NCBI GenBank assembly: GCA_002633005.1
Contig: NMRA01000129.1
Location: forward strand, 372,628 to 436,627
DNA length: 64,000 nt
Direction of reading: 5' to 3'
Source of the DNA: Phoronis australis
Taxonomy: Eukaryota > Animalia > Phoronida
Below the pieces are notes generated by a model, which worked only from the letters and a program-made list of their open reading frames with translations, was not told the DNA's origin and searched no databases. The position numbers were made by a program, and so were the translations under genes. This document shows positions 1 through 10,572 of this stretch, one piece after another (positions within the stretch are counted from its first letter, which is position 1; each line of letters opens with the position of its first letter).

Positions 1-1262
1 AAAATGTAAAACATGATGATATGGGACAATTTTAATACCCTGCAGCTTGGGCATACTTTGAACTTAAATCTATCTTAATTCATATCAACTAGGTGGTAAA
101 TGTTTGCTTTTCAAAAATTTATCTTTGATTAAGCCTAGTTATTGCATTCTGACAGAACAGAGTTCACAAAATTTGGTTAGGGAGTTAATTAGTATTGTTT
201 GGGTGCAATTGGTGTGATGTTTTTGTGATTAAAATAAGTATCAAATGACGCCTTTAACTGAATAACCATCTAACCAATGTTGATTGTACCATTTCCTAGG
301 TGAAGCTTGTTAGGCCGTCTCCTATTGGCCTGTTACATTGGCTCAGACACTGTTTTATCCCAGTTAAACTTTGAAACTATAGATTTTTGGTCTGCCGAGG
401 CATGCTTGGTATATCTTTGACGATCAGCCGGCAGTGTTGTGCATAGAAATACATTTTGTTAGTATAAATAAAATTAAGTGTACTTACATCAGTGTACTGC
501 TGTATAATAAGATTCAACTTTTGAAAACAAAAGAGGCTTTCTACATTGTAAAGTACTTAGAAAAATTATCATCAGCTTGTCAAGACACTTTTTACAAATA
601 ACTTGACGTTTTGTGTGCTCTGAAATGATTGACAATACGTGGCCATTTTGTTTTATCTGGTTGTGGTGTCGTACTTTTTCACTGATGGTTTCGCTCAGTA
701 AAAATGGAATACTATATATGGGATATTCAGGAATAGAATTTTTTAAAGTTTTAATGTGCAGCCTTTGTTTTAAAGGCATTTATTATATAAAGTAAAGAAG
801 CGTCGTTCTGAAAGTTTGGTACTTTTTCTACGTCTAGAGTTGTTGCTGAATTATATTTCAAATGCTAGCGACAATATTGGCAAAAAATTTTGAGTTTGGG
901 ACATGATGTGGGGCACAAGTGAAACTTCGTTTTGTCAAATTTCTCAACAAAATTTTTTGGGAAATTTGACTTCGCTTGTATCATACCGTAATTGGTGAAT
1001 TATACTCGTCAACATCAACGTTTGGTAAAATTTAGCCTTTGCAATGATGTAGTATGCCTCTGAGTAACAGAAAAATGATAATTTGAGTAATTATTTTTGT
1101 CCCAGATTTTCTACGCAAACACCTCAGTTGGAAAAGGCATTCTTCTTGTTTGTGCATGCACAAAATTTAAGCTATGAACTGCTTCTTACTTTGCCCCGTA
1201 TTTCCTGTTTTCATTATAACCTGCCACATTGTGCATACTCTGTGGATACTAGTTACTAATAA

Positions 1263-1520
<258 letters not shown>

Positions 1521-1760
1521 TAAATGCAGCCATCCATGCATGTTTTAGTTTTATGTAACTATCTGCTGATTATCCAGAAAATTGTTTGGTGGATTAGGGA
1601 TGTGTCGACAGAAGTCATTTTTCAGACAGATTCGACTGACACAGCTTTCTCGGTTGTCCATTTTCAGCGAGATTTGCCATGTCTGTCGATTGTTGTCAAA
1701 ACGAACACAAGCAATTATTGTTGGATGTGCTGGATGCAGTCGAATTTAGGATAAATTTAA

Positions 1761-1820
1761 TTTCCAAAGCACCAATTGATAACCGGGGTCATAAGTGGAG
1801 TGGTGTTGGACTTAATGAAT
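1761..1820 (+). pseudogene. CDKL5: Damaged next CDKL5-like exon
   Basis: Reads FPKHQLITGVISGVVLDLMN|gtgcgt; compare CDKL5 [27 protein letters not shown]. It is 7 codons shorter than that peptide, and is preceded by AA (1759-60, part of an in-frame TAA) instead of AG. Confidence 0.65.
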
Positions 1821-3091
1821 GTGCGTAATGTAAATACTAGGCCTTAAAATCACATCAAGCTCTGTGATTCTTTAAAGTGCGCAAGACCACCATTTACCTT
1901 GTTTTGATTAGTTACTACTGTACACTGTCAACATCATCAAACCCCACGGTCATATTTGTGACGTATAGTGTGCCATGTCCACCAACACGCAAGATTTCTT
2001 GTTCAAATTTGTGCCTCATCCACGCTTCTCCAATGTCTCCTTGGAAAGTGAAGAGAGTCACGACGCGTACAAATACTGAGGTGTCACAACTGTGACAAAC
2101 GCAATGACTCGCTATTCTTTATTATACCATAAGTCGTGTGAAAACGAGCAACAACTAAGGATTTTTTCACTAAACACACTGGAGAAGTTGACTAGTGCTG
2201 TGATAGGTTGTTCTGGTTTTACTTAACATGCATCGATCACTAAGTGCTCGTAACTCGAGATCAGATGATTAATATGTCGGCAGGTAGTGTTTGTGGAGGT
2301 CTTAATTTGACAGGTGATCGACTGGTGGGGTTGTTTTTAGGATGTTTTTGATATAATGACGGTGATTTTATACACTTCAAGTATATTTTGGAAAATTTAT
2401 GATTGAATTACTGCGGATATCATACAGAGCCCTTGGACGTTCTTTTGGAAAATTAATGTTCATTTCGTGGATTTCACCTTATGTTCAACTGCTCCTGCAT
2501 TCAGACATGGGTTTAAGGCATATGGCAAAATAAATGTTTGTCTTTGTTGACAGCTTGTTTACGGTAACAGAACCTTCTGCTGGAAAGTGTTCAACTTGAA
2601 ATATTTTAAAGATCATAGGTTGAGAAAATATTGAAATCTTGTCCATAGTTTACACCTTTATCAGACACGCATCCAGAATGTGCCCCCTAAGCCCTATTGC
2701 ATTTTATACACCGTAGTGCTTCCATACATCAAACATCATTTTCTCATCACATCTTGGTTCTCAGTTTCTTTGTTGATTCCATTCGCCTTTGCAAACAAGC
2801 TGGAAAAGAACCAACAAGCTGGTTAGTGCCAGGGAAAGAAGACTCAAGGAATTATGAAGTGATGTGCCTGAGGGAGGCTAGGCTCAAGAAAATATGCGCA
2901 TCGTGTTTTATAAGAGGAAACTGTCATTATTTGGTAGCGTATAGTATGACACCATATTACACGAAAAGACCTAATTCAATTAGATTTTAAGGACCTGGCC
3001 CACCATGGCCCCTCTTCCACGGTTGCTTGATATCGGCAGTTTTTTATTTGCTCAATTCTATCTTGTGATTTAATTCTTCATTCAATGACAG

Positions 3092-3654
3092 TGTGGTCGC
3101 GAAAAACGTTAAAGCCACATGGAGAACTCGAGCATAAGTTGCGTTGACAAACTTTATTCGTTTCTTTCTTATAGTTACTCGGTTCAACTGTAACATACAA
3201 AAAACGTTCTATGAGACAATTGAACAATACGTTGGTCGTTTACAAAGTTACAATACTAACGTTAAACATTGCATATATTCTTATTCGGACAACGTCAAAC
3301 TACTAGAGGCAACGCTAATTAAAGTTACAGAGTACGCGTTACAATTACGTTGAAGTACTGACTATATACTGTAACAAAACTAAGTACAAAATACTTACAC
3401 CAATTTGCGGCATAGATCACGACTAATTGAAACTCAAGATACATGTAAGAACGTTGAAGCACGAATGAGCTAAGCTGGCGCGCGTTACAGCTATAAACTA
3501 TGGTGTGCCGAGCAGTTATACATATGCAAAATTCTATTGAAGAATTAGTCACGTGGAAAATATACGCGGTAGAAGCTGAAGAGCAAACACATAAACCACC
3601 AACAGATGGCGAATATAGTCAGACTACAAACACAAGAGTGCGTCGGCACTTACA
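3092..3654 (-). repeat. 3' LTR of the BEL/Pao element
   Basis: Direct repeat of 8031-8594. Minus-strand AATAAA at 3153-3158 and TATATA near 3363-3368. Confidence 0.97.
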
Positions 3655-3666
3655 GTCCGCCCTCAG
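3655..3666 (-). promoter_or_regulatory. Polypurine tract of the LTR element
   Basis: Minus strand reads CTGAGGGCGGAC immediately before the TGT of the 3' LTR. Confidence 0.7.
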
Positions 3667-3707
3667 CAATTCGTTGCTGAACAAATACTAACTCATAAGA
3701 AATAATA

Positions 3708-6700
3708 CTAATCAAGTGCACTATCAATCAAAAGCACACATTTACAAACAGGACGTCGAAGTTCCGTCATCTGTGTCTTGACTTTCACGGTCCGTACAAC
3801 ACCAAAAGAATCAGGTTCCACAGCTATCACACGACCCATGTCCCAGTGGTTTCTTGGCACATTCTCGTTCATCAAAAGCACGACATCTCCCACTTGCAGG
3901 TTCCTTCTTGGCGTTAACCACTTCTGACGTTTCTGCAAATTCAAGAGATATTCACGTCTCCACCGGACCCAAAACTGTTCCACGAGATATTGCACACGTT
4001 TCCATCGTTTACGGCAATACAGGTCGGCATCTAAAAACTGTCCGGGTGGTGATAAAACTGTCGACTTCAGTGTCAGCAGGTGACTCGGAGTTAATGGTTC
4101 CTGATCTCCAGGGGTGTCGGATATGGATGTCAGAGGACGTGAGTTAATAATGTTCTCAGTCTCACACAGCAGCGTACGGAAAATTTCGTCGTCGATTTGA
4201 GAACCGAACTGATGAAATAGCTGCATCAGAATCTTTCGGATCGTTCGTATCTGACGTTCCCAAACTCCGCCCATATGACTGCCGGCAGGAGGATTGAAAT
4301 GCCACTTTATACCCTTCTTTAGTAGCGCGTTATGGATGGTGCCCTGGTCGATATTGGCAAGCGCTTCGCGAAGCTCTTTCTCTGCTCCAACAAAGTTGGT
4401 ACCGTTATCGCTCCATATCTCCAAAACTGGTCCACGCCTGCACAAAAACCGTCTGAGTGCCTGAATAAATGAATCAGTGTCAAGTGAATTAACAGATTCC
4501 AAATGTACTGCACGACTGGACAAACATGTGAAAATAACTCCGTAGCGTTTCAGCGTTGTTCTACGTACCTTTATATAGAAAGGGCCAAAAAGATCCAAAC
4601 CTGTGAAGCAAAATGGGCCTTCAACAGTTGTTCTGGCAAACGGCAGATCAGACATCTTCTGCTCACACACCGGGGCTCTTATCTTCTTACAGATAACACA
4701 CTTACTAATGACCTCGCGAACTGCAGAATTCCCAGCTATGATCCAAAACCTTTCACGCGTGTCAGCTAAGACGTGGTTCCTGCCTGCGTGCTGCAATCGT
4801 TCGTGGTGACGACGGATTATCAGCGTAGTGACATGACTTCTGCGTGGAAGAAGGATCTGATGCATTTGGTCGTACGGCAAGTTGGATTTGCGTAGTCTAC
4901 CACCAACTCTAACCAGCCCTGCGTCATCCAAAAACGGATCCAAACTGTGGATAGAGCTGTTCTTAGTCACACCAGGCTTGTTCGGTCCACGGTTTTCTAA
5001 GGTGTTCACTTCTGCAGTGAAGTATTTACGCTGCGTGTATTTTAGGATGTAGAGCTCAGCTAACTGGAGCTCCTCCACACTTATTGGCTCCGCCCCACGA
5101 GACACAGTACCATGACGTCTTTTGAGGAGAACCTGACGAAGTCTCAGATAATGAACCACAGCTCTGCAAAGACGGTGCCAATCTGAAAAATAGTTAATAA
5201 GGTTATCAAATGGCAAACATGCAGAATCGCTAGAAACGTATGTCACTGCGGCGTTGACGGTGTCGGTGTCTCCTGGTTGATCGAACACGGATGGTTGGTC
5301 TACCCATTCGTTCTCAGGCTGCCACAAAAATCGAGATCCGTTCAACCAACTATCATCAGCAATAAACTTCTCAGCCTTAACACCTCTTGAACCAATATCG
5401 GCCGGATTACTCCGAGTATCCACAATTTCCAAAAATCGTCGGTCTTCATAAGATAAGCCCTTTTCGTCAGGAAATGCTGCGATACCATCACTGAAATCCT
5501 TCTCAAACACATTCAGGACAGCTGTAGAAGAGATGGATGTACTGTCGCTCATTGGTGTCGGTACTAATTCTCTAATACCAATACGGTTGCAAATCAAACT
5601 GTAACATGTCGTAGCTTCCATGGGTCCATTCACCGTCCACCCATGCTTCAGTAGAACACCATACGGACCTCCATCTACTGTCGACGATACATCTCGAGGC
5701 TTAAGTGCTTCCGGGCAACTGTTGCCGATCAGAAGTCCAATCTCTAACTTGGGGGAGTACTCTGGAACCTTGGTGGCTAGCTCAGCAAGATGAGGAAACT
5801 GCCTCAATACACCTGGGCGGGGAATGTGCTCGCGGCTAACGGAGATCTCTGGTCTGCTATAGGCCTTCGGCAACATCACAGCATTTTCTCCGCAAGCGTC
5901 ACTCACGATTAATCCTTCGACGACCTTAGAAGAGATGACGTCACGTCCGTGCATGGTATGCATTTGCAAGTTAGCTTCGTAGTACGTCGCAGTCAGTCTG
6001 TCGAGCAAATCTTCCTTGATGAAGCATGCACTGCTGCCGTTGTCATAAAAGGCGTAGGTGTTAATCGTTTTACCATCACCTTGTCGCACTTGTACTGGTA
6101 ATATAGACTGTAGAACTGATGCGTTTCCATCAATGGCGTTAGTACTACACGTCTGGGTAGCAACATCTGAAGCGGTCGCTTGAGTATTTCTTGAAGCTTC
6201 TGCATTCCCGATGCGAAAGTTATTGTCGTGGAGCGTCGTTGGATGCTTACCATTACACTGTCCACATGTTCTCTTCTTGCTGCACCCTCTGGACATGTGG
6301 GACGCGCTAAAACAGGCAAAACACAGACGCTTGTCCTTTAGAAACGAACGCCTGTCAGTAAGAGACTTCTGCAAAAATCGAGAACATTTTTCTAAGTCAT
6401 GTTGTTGGTTGCAGAGGGGACAAAATGTTCGTTGGTTGGCATGTGATCCGCGACTAGAACCCACCTCAGTGGCAAATGACGTGTTACGGGGCGACTTCTT
6501 TTGTTGGTGCATAGAATTGGATACTGGTGTGCGAGAAAGTGCTTCCTTACCGTAAACTGGATGGCAGGCGGTCTCTGAAGTCTGCTGGACGAATATAGCG
6601 AGGTCAGCAAACATCGGCGATCGAGATAGTCTCTCCATGGCAGATACCTTCTTTCGCCAATCATTCTGCATATACATCGGAAGTTTTCTCACAACAGCTT

Positions 6701-8015
6701 GTAAGTTCGGCGGATGATTCAATACCTCCAAATGAGGAACACCTCTCATGGCACACGAACACTTCTGTAGAAATAGACCTAACTCCTTAAGACTGGAAAT
6801 GTCGTCTTGTCGAATTAACGGCCATCTTAGCACCCTGTCAACATAAGCATTGGATACTTTAACTGGATCACCATATTCTTTGTCTAACAAATCTCGAGCA
6901 GCTTGATAACTACAGTCTGGATGCATGTACAGGCAGCCACCAATCAGACGTTTAGGCTCACCGATAAGATGCTGTTCTAAATAATACAGCTTGTCAGAAT
7001 TGCTTGTGATGCGTGATGCAATCCTAGCTTCAAAAGCCAAAGTCCAAGCTTTGTATTCCAATACATCACCTTCAAATCTTGGGACTTCAGTATTAGGTAA
7101 ACTAATGAAATTGGTCAAATGACGAAATGCGTCCAGCACAGCGTCTTGATTATAAGAAGGTGTAAATACCTGAGCGCTTGGATTAAGCGGATGCTGACTG
7201 TGAAAAGCGTTGGTGGTGTTGACTGGTATACCTGTGGCTACAATCGGCAGAGATCCACTGCTGACGCATGGTGGCGTTGATGACTGGTCTTTAAACAAAG
7301 GCACAGACGGGTGTGACGTAACACCAGCACAGTCACCGGATGATAAGGGCGGCATGGCATACAGCATAGAAGACTGAAGTTGCGACGTCATGGCAACACT
7401 AACACTTGAACAAGGAACAATTACGTCAGAGTTCGCACTTGGAACTACTTGGCTTGAACTATGAACTGTTACGTAAGAAGGCGCACTTGGAACAAGAGAC
7501 TGCGATGAGACAATAGACTGCTCACACGTACCTGCATGGTTACCAGCAGACTCTGTCGGTGCTACGAGCAAAACCGAGTCGGTTGACACAACACTGTCTG
7601 ATAAACTTTCAGATAAACCCTTCTCATAGGCTGAAGCAACTTGTAAATCTGTAGCAATTTTCCGTTCCTCCAATTCCAGCTCTAATTGTTTGATGCTCAT
7701 CTTCAATTTGTGCTCAGTTTTTGCAGCGGCTAGGCGTGCCTCAAGCTCAGCTTTCTTGGCTTTAGCGTTCGAAAGTTTTAACATAGTTTTAGATGACACA
7801 GCAGATACAGACGAATATGCAGAGAATGACGACTTCACGCTTTTCGAGTCGTTCCACTCCTCGTCAGGCATGTTCGGAATAATTGAGTCGACGTCGCCAG
7901 GTATGTTCGGTATGGAGTCGACGTCGGTGTACCCCATGGCATACTGCGTTGCCGTTAGCTTAGGCTTGACACCAGCTTCATGGCTAATGGCGGTGGGCGT
8001 TGACATCTCAGCCAT
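3708..8015 (-). CDS. Gag-protease-(deleted RT/RNase H)-integrase polyprotein, ~1435 aa
   Basis: First ATG after the 5' LTR is at 8015. Gag: LPNTEVPRFEGDVLEYKAW. Knuckles: CPLCNQQHDLEKC, CFACFSASHMSRGC, CGQCNGKHPTTLH. Protease: YAFYDNGSS. RNase H tail: NPADIGSRG. Integrase: HHERLQH..CVIC, DLFGP, SDNGTNF, GGVWER, and a C-terminal LQVGDVVLL region. No YVDD motif. Confidence 0.93.
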   Translation of the reverse strand: MAEMSTPTAISHEAGVKPKLTATQYAMGYTDVDSIPNIPGDVDSIIPNMPDEEWNDSKSVKSSFSAYSSVSAVSSKTMLKLSNAKAKKAELEARLAAAKTEHKLKMSIKQLELELEERKIATDLQVASAYEKGLSESLSDSVVSTDSVLLVAPTESAGNHAGTCEQSIVSSQSLVPSAPSYVTVHSSSQVVPSANSDVIVPCSSVSVAMTSQLQSSMLYAMPPLSSGDCAGVTSHPSVPLFKDQSSTPPCVSSGSLPIVATGIPVNTTNAFHSQHPLNPSAQVFTPSYNQDAVLDAFRHLTNFISLPNTEVPRFEGDVLEYKAWTLAFEARIASRITSNSDKLYYLEQHLIGEPKRLIGGCLYMHPDCSYQAARDLLDKEYGDPVKVSNAYVDRVLRWPLIRQDDISSLKELGLFLQKCSCAMRGVPHLEVLNHPPNLQAVVRKLPMYMQNDWRKKVSAMERLSRSPMFADLAIFVQQTSETACHPVYGKEALSRTPVSNSMHQQKKSPRNTSFATEVGSSRGSHANQRTFCPLCNQQHDLEKCSRFLQKSLTDRRSFLKDKRLCFACFSASHMSRGCSKKRTCGQCNGKHPTTLHDNNFRIGNAEASRNTQATASDVATQTCSTNAIDGNASVLQSILPVQVRQGDGKTINTYAFYDNGSSACFIKEDLLDRLTATYYEANLQMHTMHGRDVISSKVVEGLIVSDACGENAVMLPKAYSRPEISVSREHIPRPGVLRQFPHLAELATKVPEYSPKLEIGLLIGNSCPEALKPRDVSSTVDGGPYGVLLKHGWTVNGPMEATTCYSLICNRIGIRELVPTPMSDSTSISSTAVLNVFEKDFSDGIAAFPDEKGLSYEDRRFLEIVDTRSNPADIGSRGVKAEKFIADDSWLNGSRFLWQPENEWVDQPSVFDQPGDTDTVNAAVTYVSSDSACLPFDNLINYFSDWHRLCRAVVHYLRLRQVLLKRRHGTVSRGAEPISVEELQLAELYILKYTQRKYFTAEVNTLENRGPNKPGVTKNSSIHSLDPFLDDAGLVRVGGRLRKSNLPYDQMHQILLPRRSHVTTLIIRRHHERLQHAGRNHVLADTRERFWIIAGNSAVREVISKCVICKKIRAPVCEQKMSDLPFARTTVEGPFCFTGLDLFGPFYIKVRRTTLKRYGVIFTCLSSRAVHLESVNSLDTDSFIQALRRFLCRRGPVLEIWSDNGTNFVGAEKELREALANIDQGTIHNALLKKGIKWHFNPPAGSHMGGVWERQIRTIRKILMQLFHQFGSQIDDEIFRTLLCETENIINSRPLTSISDTPGDQEPLTPSHLLTLKSTVLSPPGQFLDADLYCRKRWKRVQYLVEQFWVRWRREYLLNLQKRQKWLTPRRNLQVGDVVLLMNENVPRNHWDMGRVIAVEPDSFGVVRTVKVKTQMTELRRPVCKCVLLIDSALD

Positions 8016-8030
8016 TGGTTTGAACAACAA

Positions 8031-8594
8031 TGTGGTCGCGAAAATCGTTAAAGCCACATGGAGAACTCGAGCATAAGTTGCGTTGACAAACTTTATTCGT
8101 TTCTTTCTTATAGTTACTCGGTTCAACTGTAACATACAAAAAACGTTCTATGAGACAATTGAACAATACGTTGGTCGTTTACAAAGTTACAATACTAACG
8201 TTAAACATTGCATATATTCTTATTCGGACAACGTCAAACTACTAGAGGCAACGCTAATTAAAGTTACAGAGTACGCGTTACAATTACGTTGAAGTACTGA
8301 CTATATACTGTAACAAAACTAAGTACAAAATACTTACACCAATTTGCGGCATAGATCACGACTAAACTCAAACTCAAGATACATGTAAGAACGTTGAAGC
8401 ACGAATGAGCTAAGCTGGCGCGCGTTACAGCTATAAACTATGGTGTGCCGAGCAGTTATACATATGCAAAATTCTATTGAAGAATTAGTCACGTGGAAAA
8501 TATACGCGGTGGAAGCTGGAGAGCAAACACATAAACCACCAACAGATGGCGAATATAGACAGACTACAAACACAAGAGTGCGTCGGCACTTACA
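8031..8594 (-). repeat. 5' LTR of the BEL/Pao element
   Basis: Direct repeat of 3092-3654. By eye about 6 substitutions and 1 indel; TG...CA ends. Confidence 0.97.
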
Positions 8595-8641
8595 GACAGA
8601 ATACAAGTTTGGTTCACTGTCTCTATTTGTTCCCCATTTAG

Positions 8642-8808
8642 CACACACTGGCCCTACCGCCACAGGATCGTTACAACATTGAAAATTGCCTTCATCATCC
8701 CGCATTCAAAACGGAGCAGCTACTCAACAGGAATAAAGTGCCGGTGAAAATGATTGACAGTCAACTTTCCAAGAGACGAAAGAACGATGTCAATGATCAA
8801 GTTAAGGG
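8642..8808 (+). CDS. CDKL5: CDKL5-like exon, end of kinase domain (subdomain XI); 3' boundary uncertain
   Basis: Acceptor ccccatttag|, then HTLALPPQDRYNIENCLHHPAFKTEQLLNRNKVPVKMIDSQLSKRRKNDVNDQV; compare CDKL5 [30 protein letters not shown]. This frame is not in the ORF track. Confidence 0.85.
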
Positions 8809-8978
8809 GCATAATAGTTCAGGTCAAAACGATCCAGATTATTATGAATCATTACTCAAATGAAACGAATTGATGACTGCCAATGATCAAGTTAATAGGT
8901 ATAAAAGTTCAGATCAAAAGTATGGAGATCATTTTATTTTGTGAAATATTACTCAGCTGCAACCAATTAATGATTGTC
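8791..8978 (+). repeat. ~90-bp tandem duplication spanning an exon/intron junction
   Basis: caatgatcaagttaa...ataa.agttcag.tcaaaa...attactca occurs at 8791 and again at 8881. Confidence 0.8.
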
Positions 8979-10499
8979 AAACTAATGTGGACAGCGTTTA
9001 AAAGCAGCCTTCCACCATAAATATTTTTTGCTAAAAAGCATACTTGTACCATATTGAAATTGGTTTCAGGTCAGTTGTTGCCCAGTCAAATTGGAAGTGA
9101 TCTCTTTGCTTTGTAACAACTGGCAGATTGTTATTGCTCGACATCAAGCTTTACAGGTTGGCTTTATTATTTATCATGACATATCAGTTAATGCTGCCAG
9201 CTCTTTTGTAAGCGCCAAAAGTCACTTCTCATCTTATTGATGATCAAGTTGGGACCTCTTTTACATGTATAGTTGCAAGTGGTTTAAATGAAATGCTGAC
9301 TTCACCGACGGAGTGCGATTTCATAGCCTCTTTAATTTTGGATACACATCAAAGTATATCTGACTTTTTTCTTAAAAGTCGACGGTTTTATCACACCAAA
9401 GTTTGTTCTCATTCATAAATTATAAAATGCATTCAAAAATGGCAGAAAATGTTACTGGTTCCGTGACCGAAAACTAGATGGAGTGCTAGTTGTTACCTAC
9501 TCCATCATTGCAATCTGCACATAGAATGACTTTCAGACTCTCAATCACGGGCTTCAAAAGGTGATAATGAACATAAGGGGAAGGAATGTAATGTGAGAAT
9601 TCCCCCAGCACTATCACCGTGGTAAAGTGACTGTAGTCGCTGCGGAAGCTGGATTCAACCAAATATCGCCAACTGGAGAGGAATCTAACACGGTTCTGGA
9701 ACCTGGTATATGTAATCCACGATCATCGGTTTACAAGACTTGTAGTTACTATTCCAAGAAGTTAATATTGCCATTTTCCATGTTATTGAGCATCTACTTG
9801 CCATTACATCAACATTTTTGCCTTATTTGAAACATTGTAAGTTTTTGTATGGGCTCTATTATTCTGATGAAGTTTTTGTATTTCGAAGTTGCCATTCATA
9901 ACGCTAAATAGTCGTGAGAGACCGTCCGAAGTTGGTATATGGTGCAACTCCGGACGGTCTGGGGTCAACAGAAAACCACAGTTCAACTGTGAGTCTACAC
10001 CAATGTGATAAACGAGAGTAGTTCTACTTGCTGCGTCAGCTGCAGGTATGATTATCTCTTTTATGACACACAATGTGTGACTGGGCAAAGCGTGTTCAAA
10101 ATAATCTGGATAAATCAGTGGAGTGTGAGACCCCTGAGGTCCATGTCAAGTCCTCACGACAATTCTACGTTATGCATGATGTGTGTGGGAGGGAAGTAGG
10201 AATATAAAACATTCTGATATATTGGATATTTTCATGGGAATTTTTGAATGCTCAAATTTGTCATTTGATCTCAGGTAAGTGTGTTTGGTACTGTTTACTG
10301 CCAAATATTCATTTTGACATGTTTTTAGAAAGGTAAAACAGTGTCTGGGGTTCATAATGCTGTTGTTTTGTGAGACATGTATGGGTGAGATCATGTCAGT
10401 CTTATCGATTATATCAAATTTTGGTGTTCTCTGTAAATGGAATGTGTGCAGTCTTCGAATTGTACTTTGGATTGTTTTTCTTAACTTTTTTATTTCCAG

Positions 10500-10572
10500 A
10501 GCTTTGAACAAGCGACGCATTCTGAACTTGGCACCGCTGAAACAGGTTGAAAACAGATTTCCCGATGCCAAG
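10500..10572 (+). CDS. Candidate downstream exon of the CDKL5-like gene
   Basis: Strong polypyrimidine tract plus ttccag acceptor; AAG|gtacta donor; reads ALNKRRILNLAPLKQVENRFPDAK. Its phases (2 in, 0 out) fit the neighbouring exons. Confidence 0.5.

Larger units (their letters stand above)
3092..8594 (-). mobile_element. BEL/Pao LTR retrotransposon, RT-deleted (non-autonomous)
   Basis: Two ~563-bp TGT...ACA LTRs; 5-bp TSD GACAG at 3087-3091 and 8595-8599; polypurine tract; BEL-type Gag with three Cys/His knuckles, protease and integrase. Confidence 0.97.

Noticed and set aside
880-1105. Faint similarity to ~14140-14330 and ~14950-15145
   Set aside because: Probably an old AT-rich repeat family, but too diverged to delimit by eye.
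1100-1200. Possible upstream CDKL5 exon after cccag at 1105
   Set aside because: No frame gives the expected FARN..YVATRWYR motif; the upstream exons are probably outside the window.
3144-3691. Short ORFs duplicated at 8083-8705
   Set aside because: Chance frames within the two LTR copies.
8016-8135. N-terminal 40 aa of the 1475-aa ORF as listed in the track
   Set aside because: Mostly lies inside the 5' LTR; the ATG at 8015 is the more plausible start.
9524-9706. Possible additional CDKL5 tail exon
   Set aside because: Stops in all frames across the interval and no recognisable similarity; cannot be supported.
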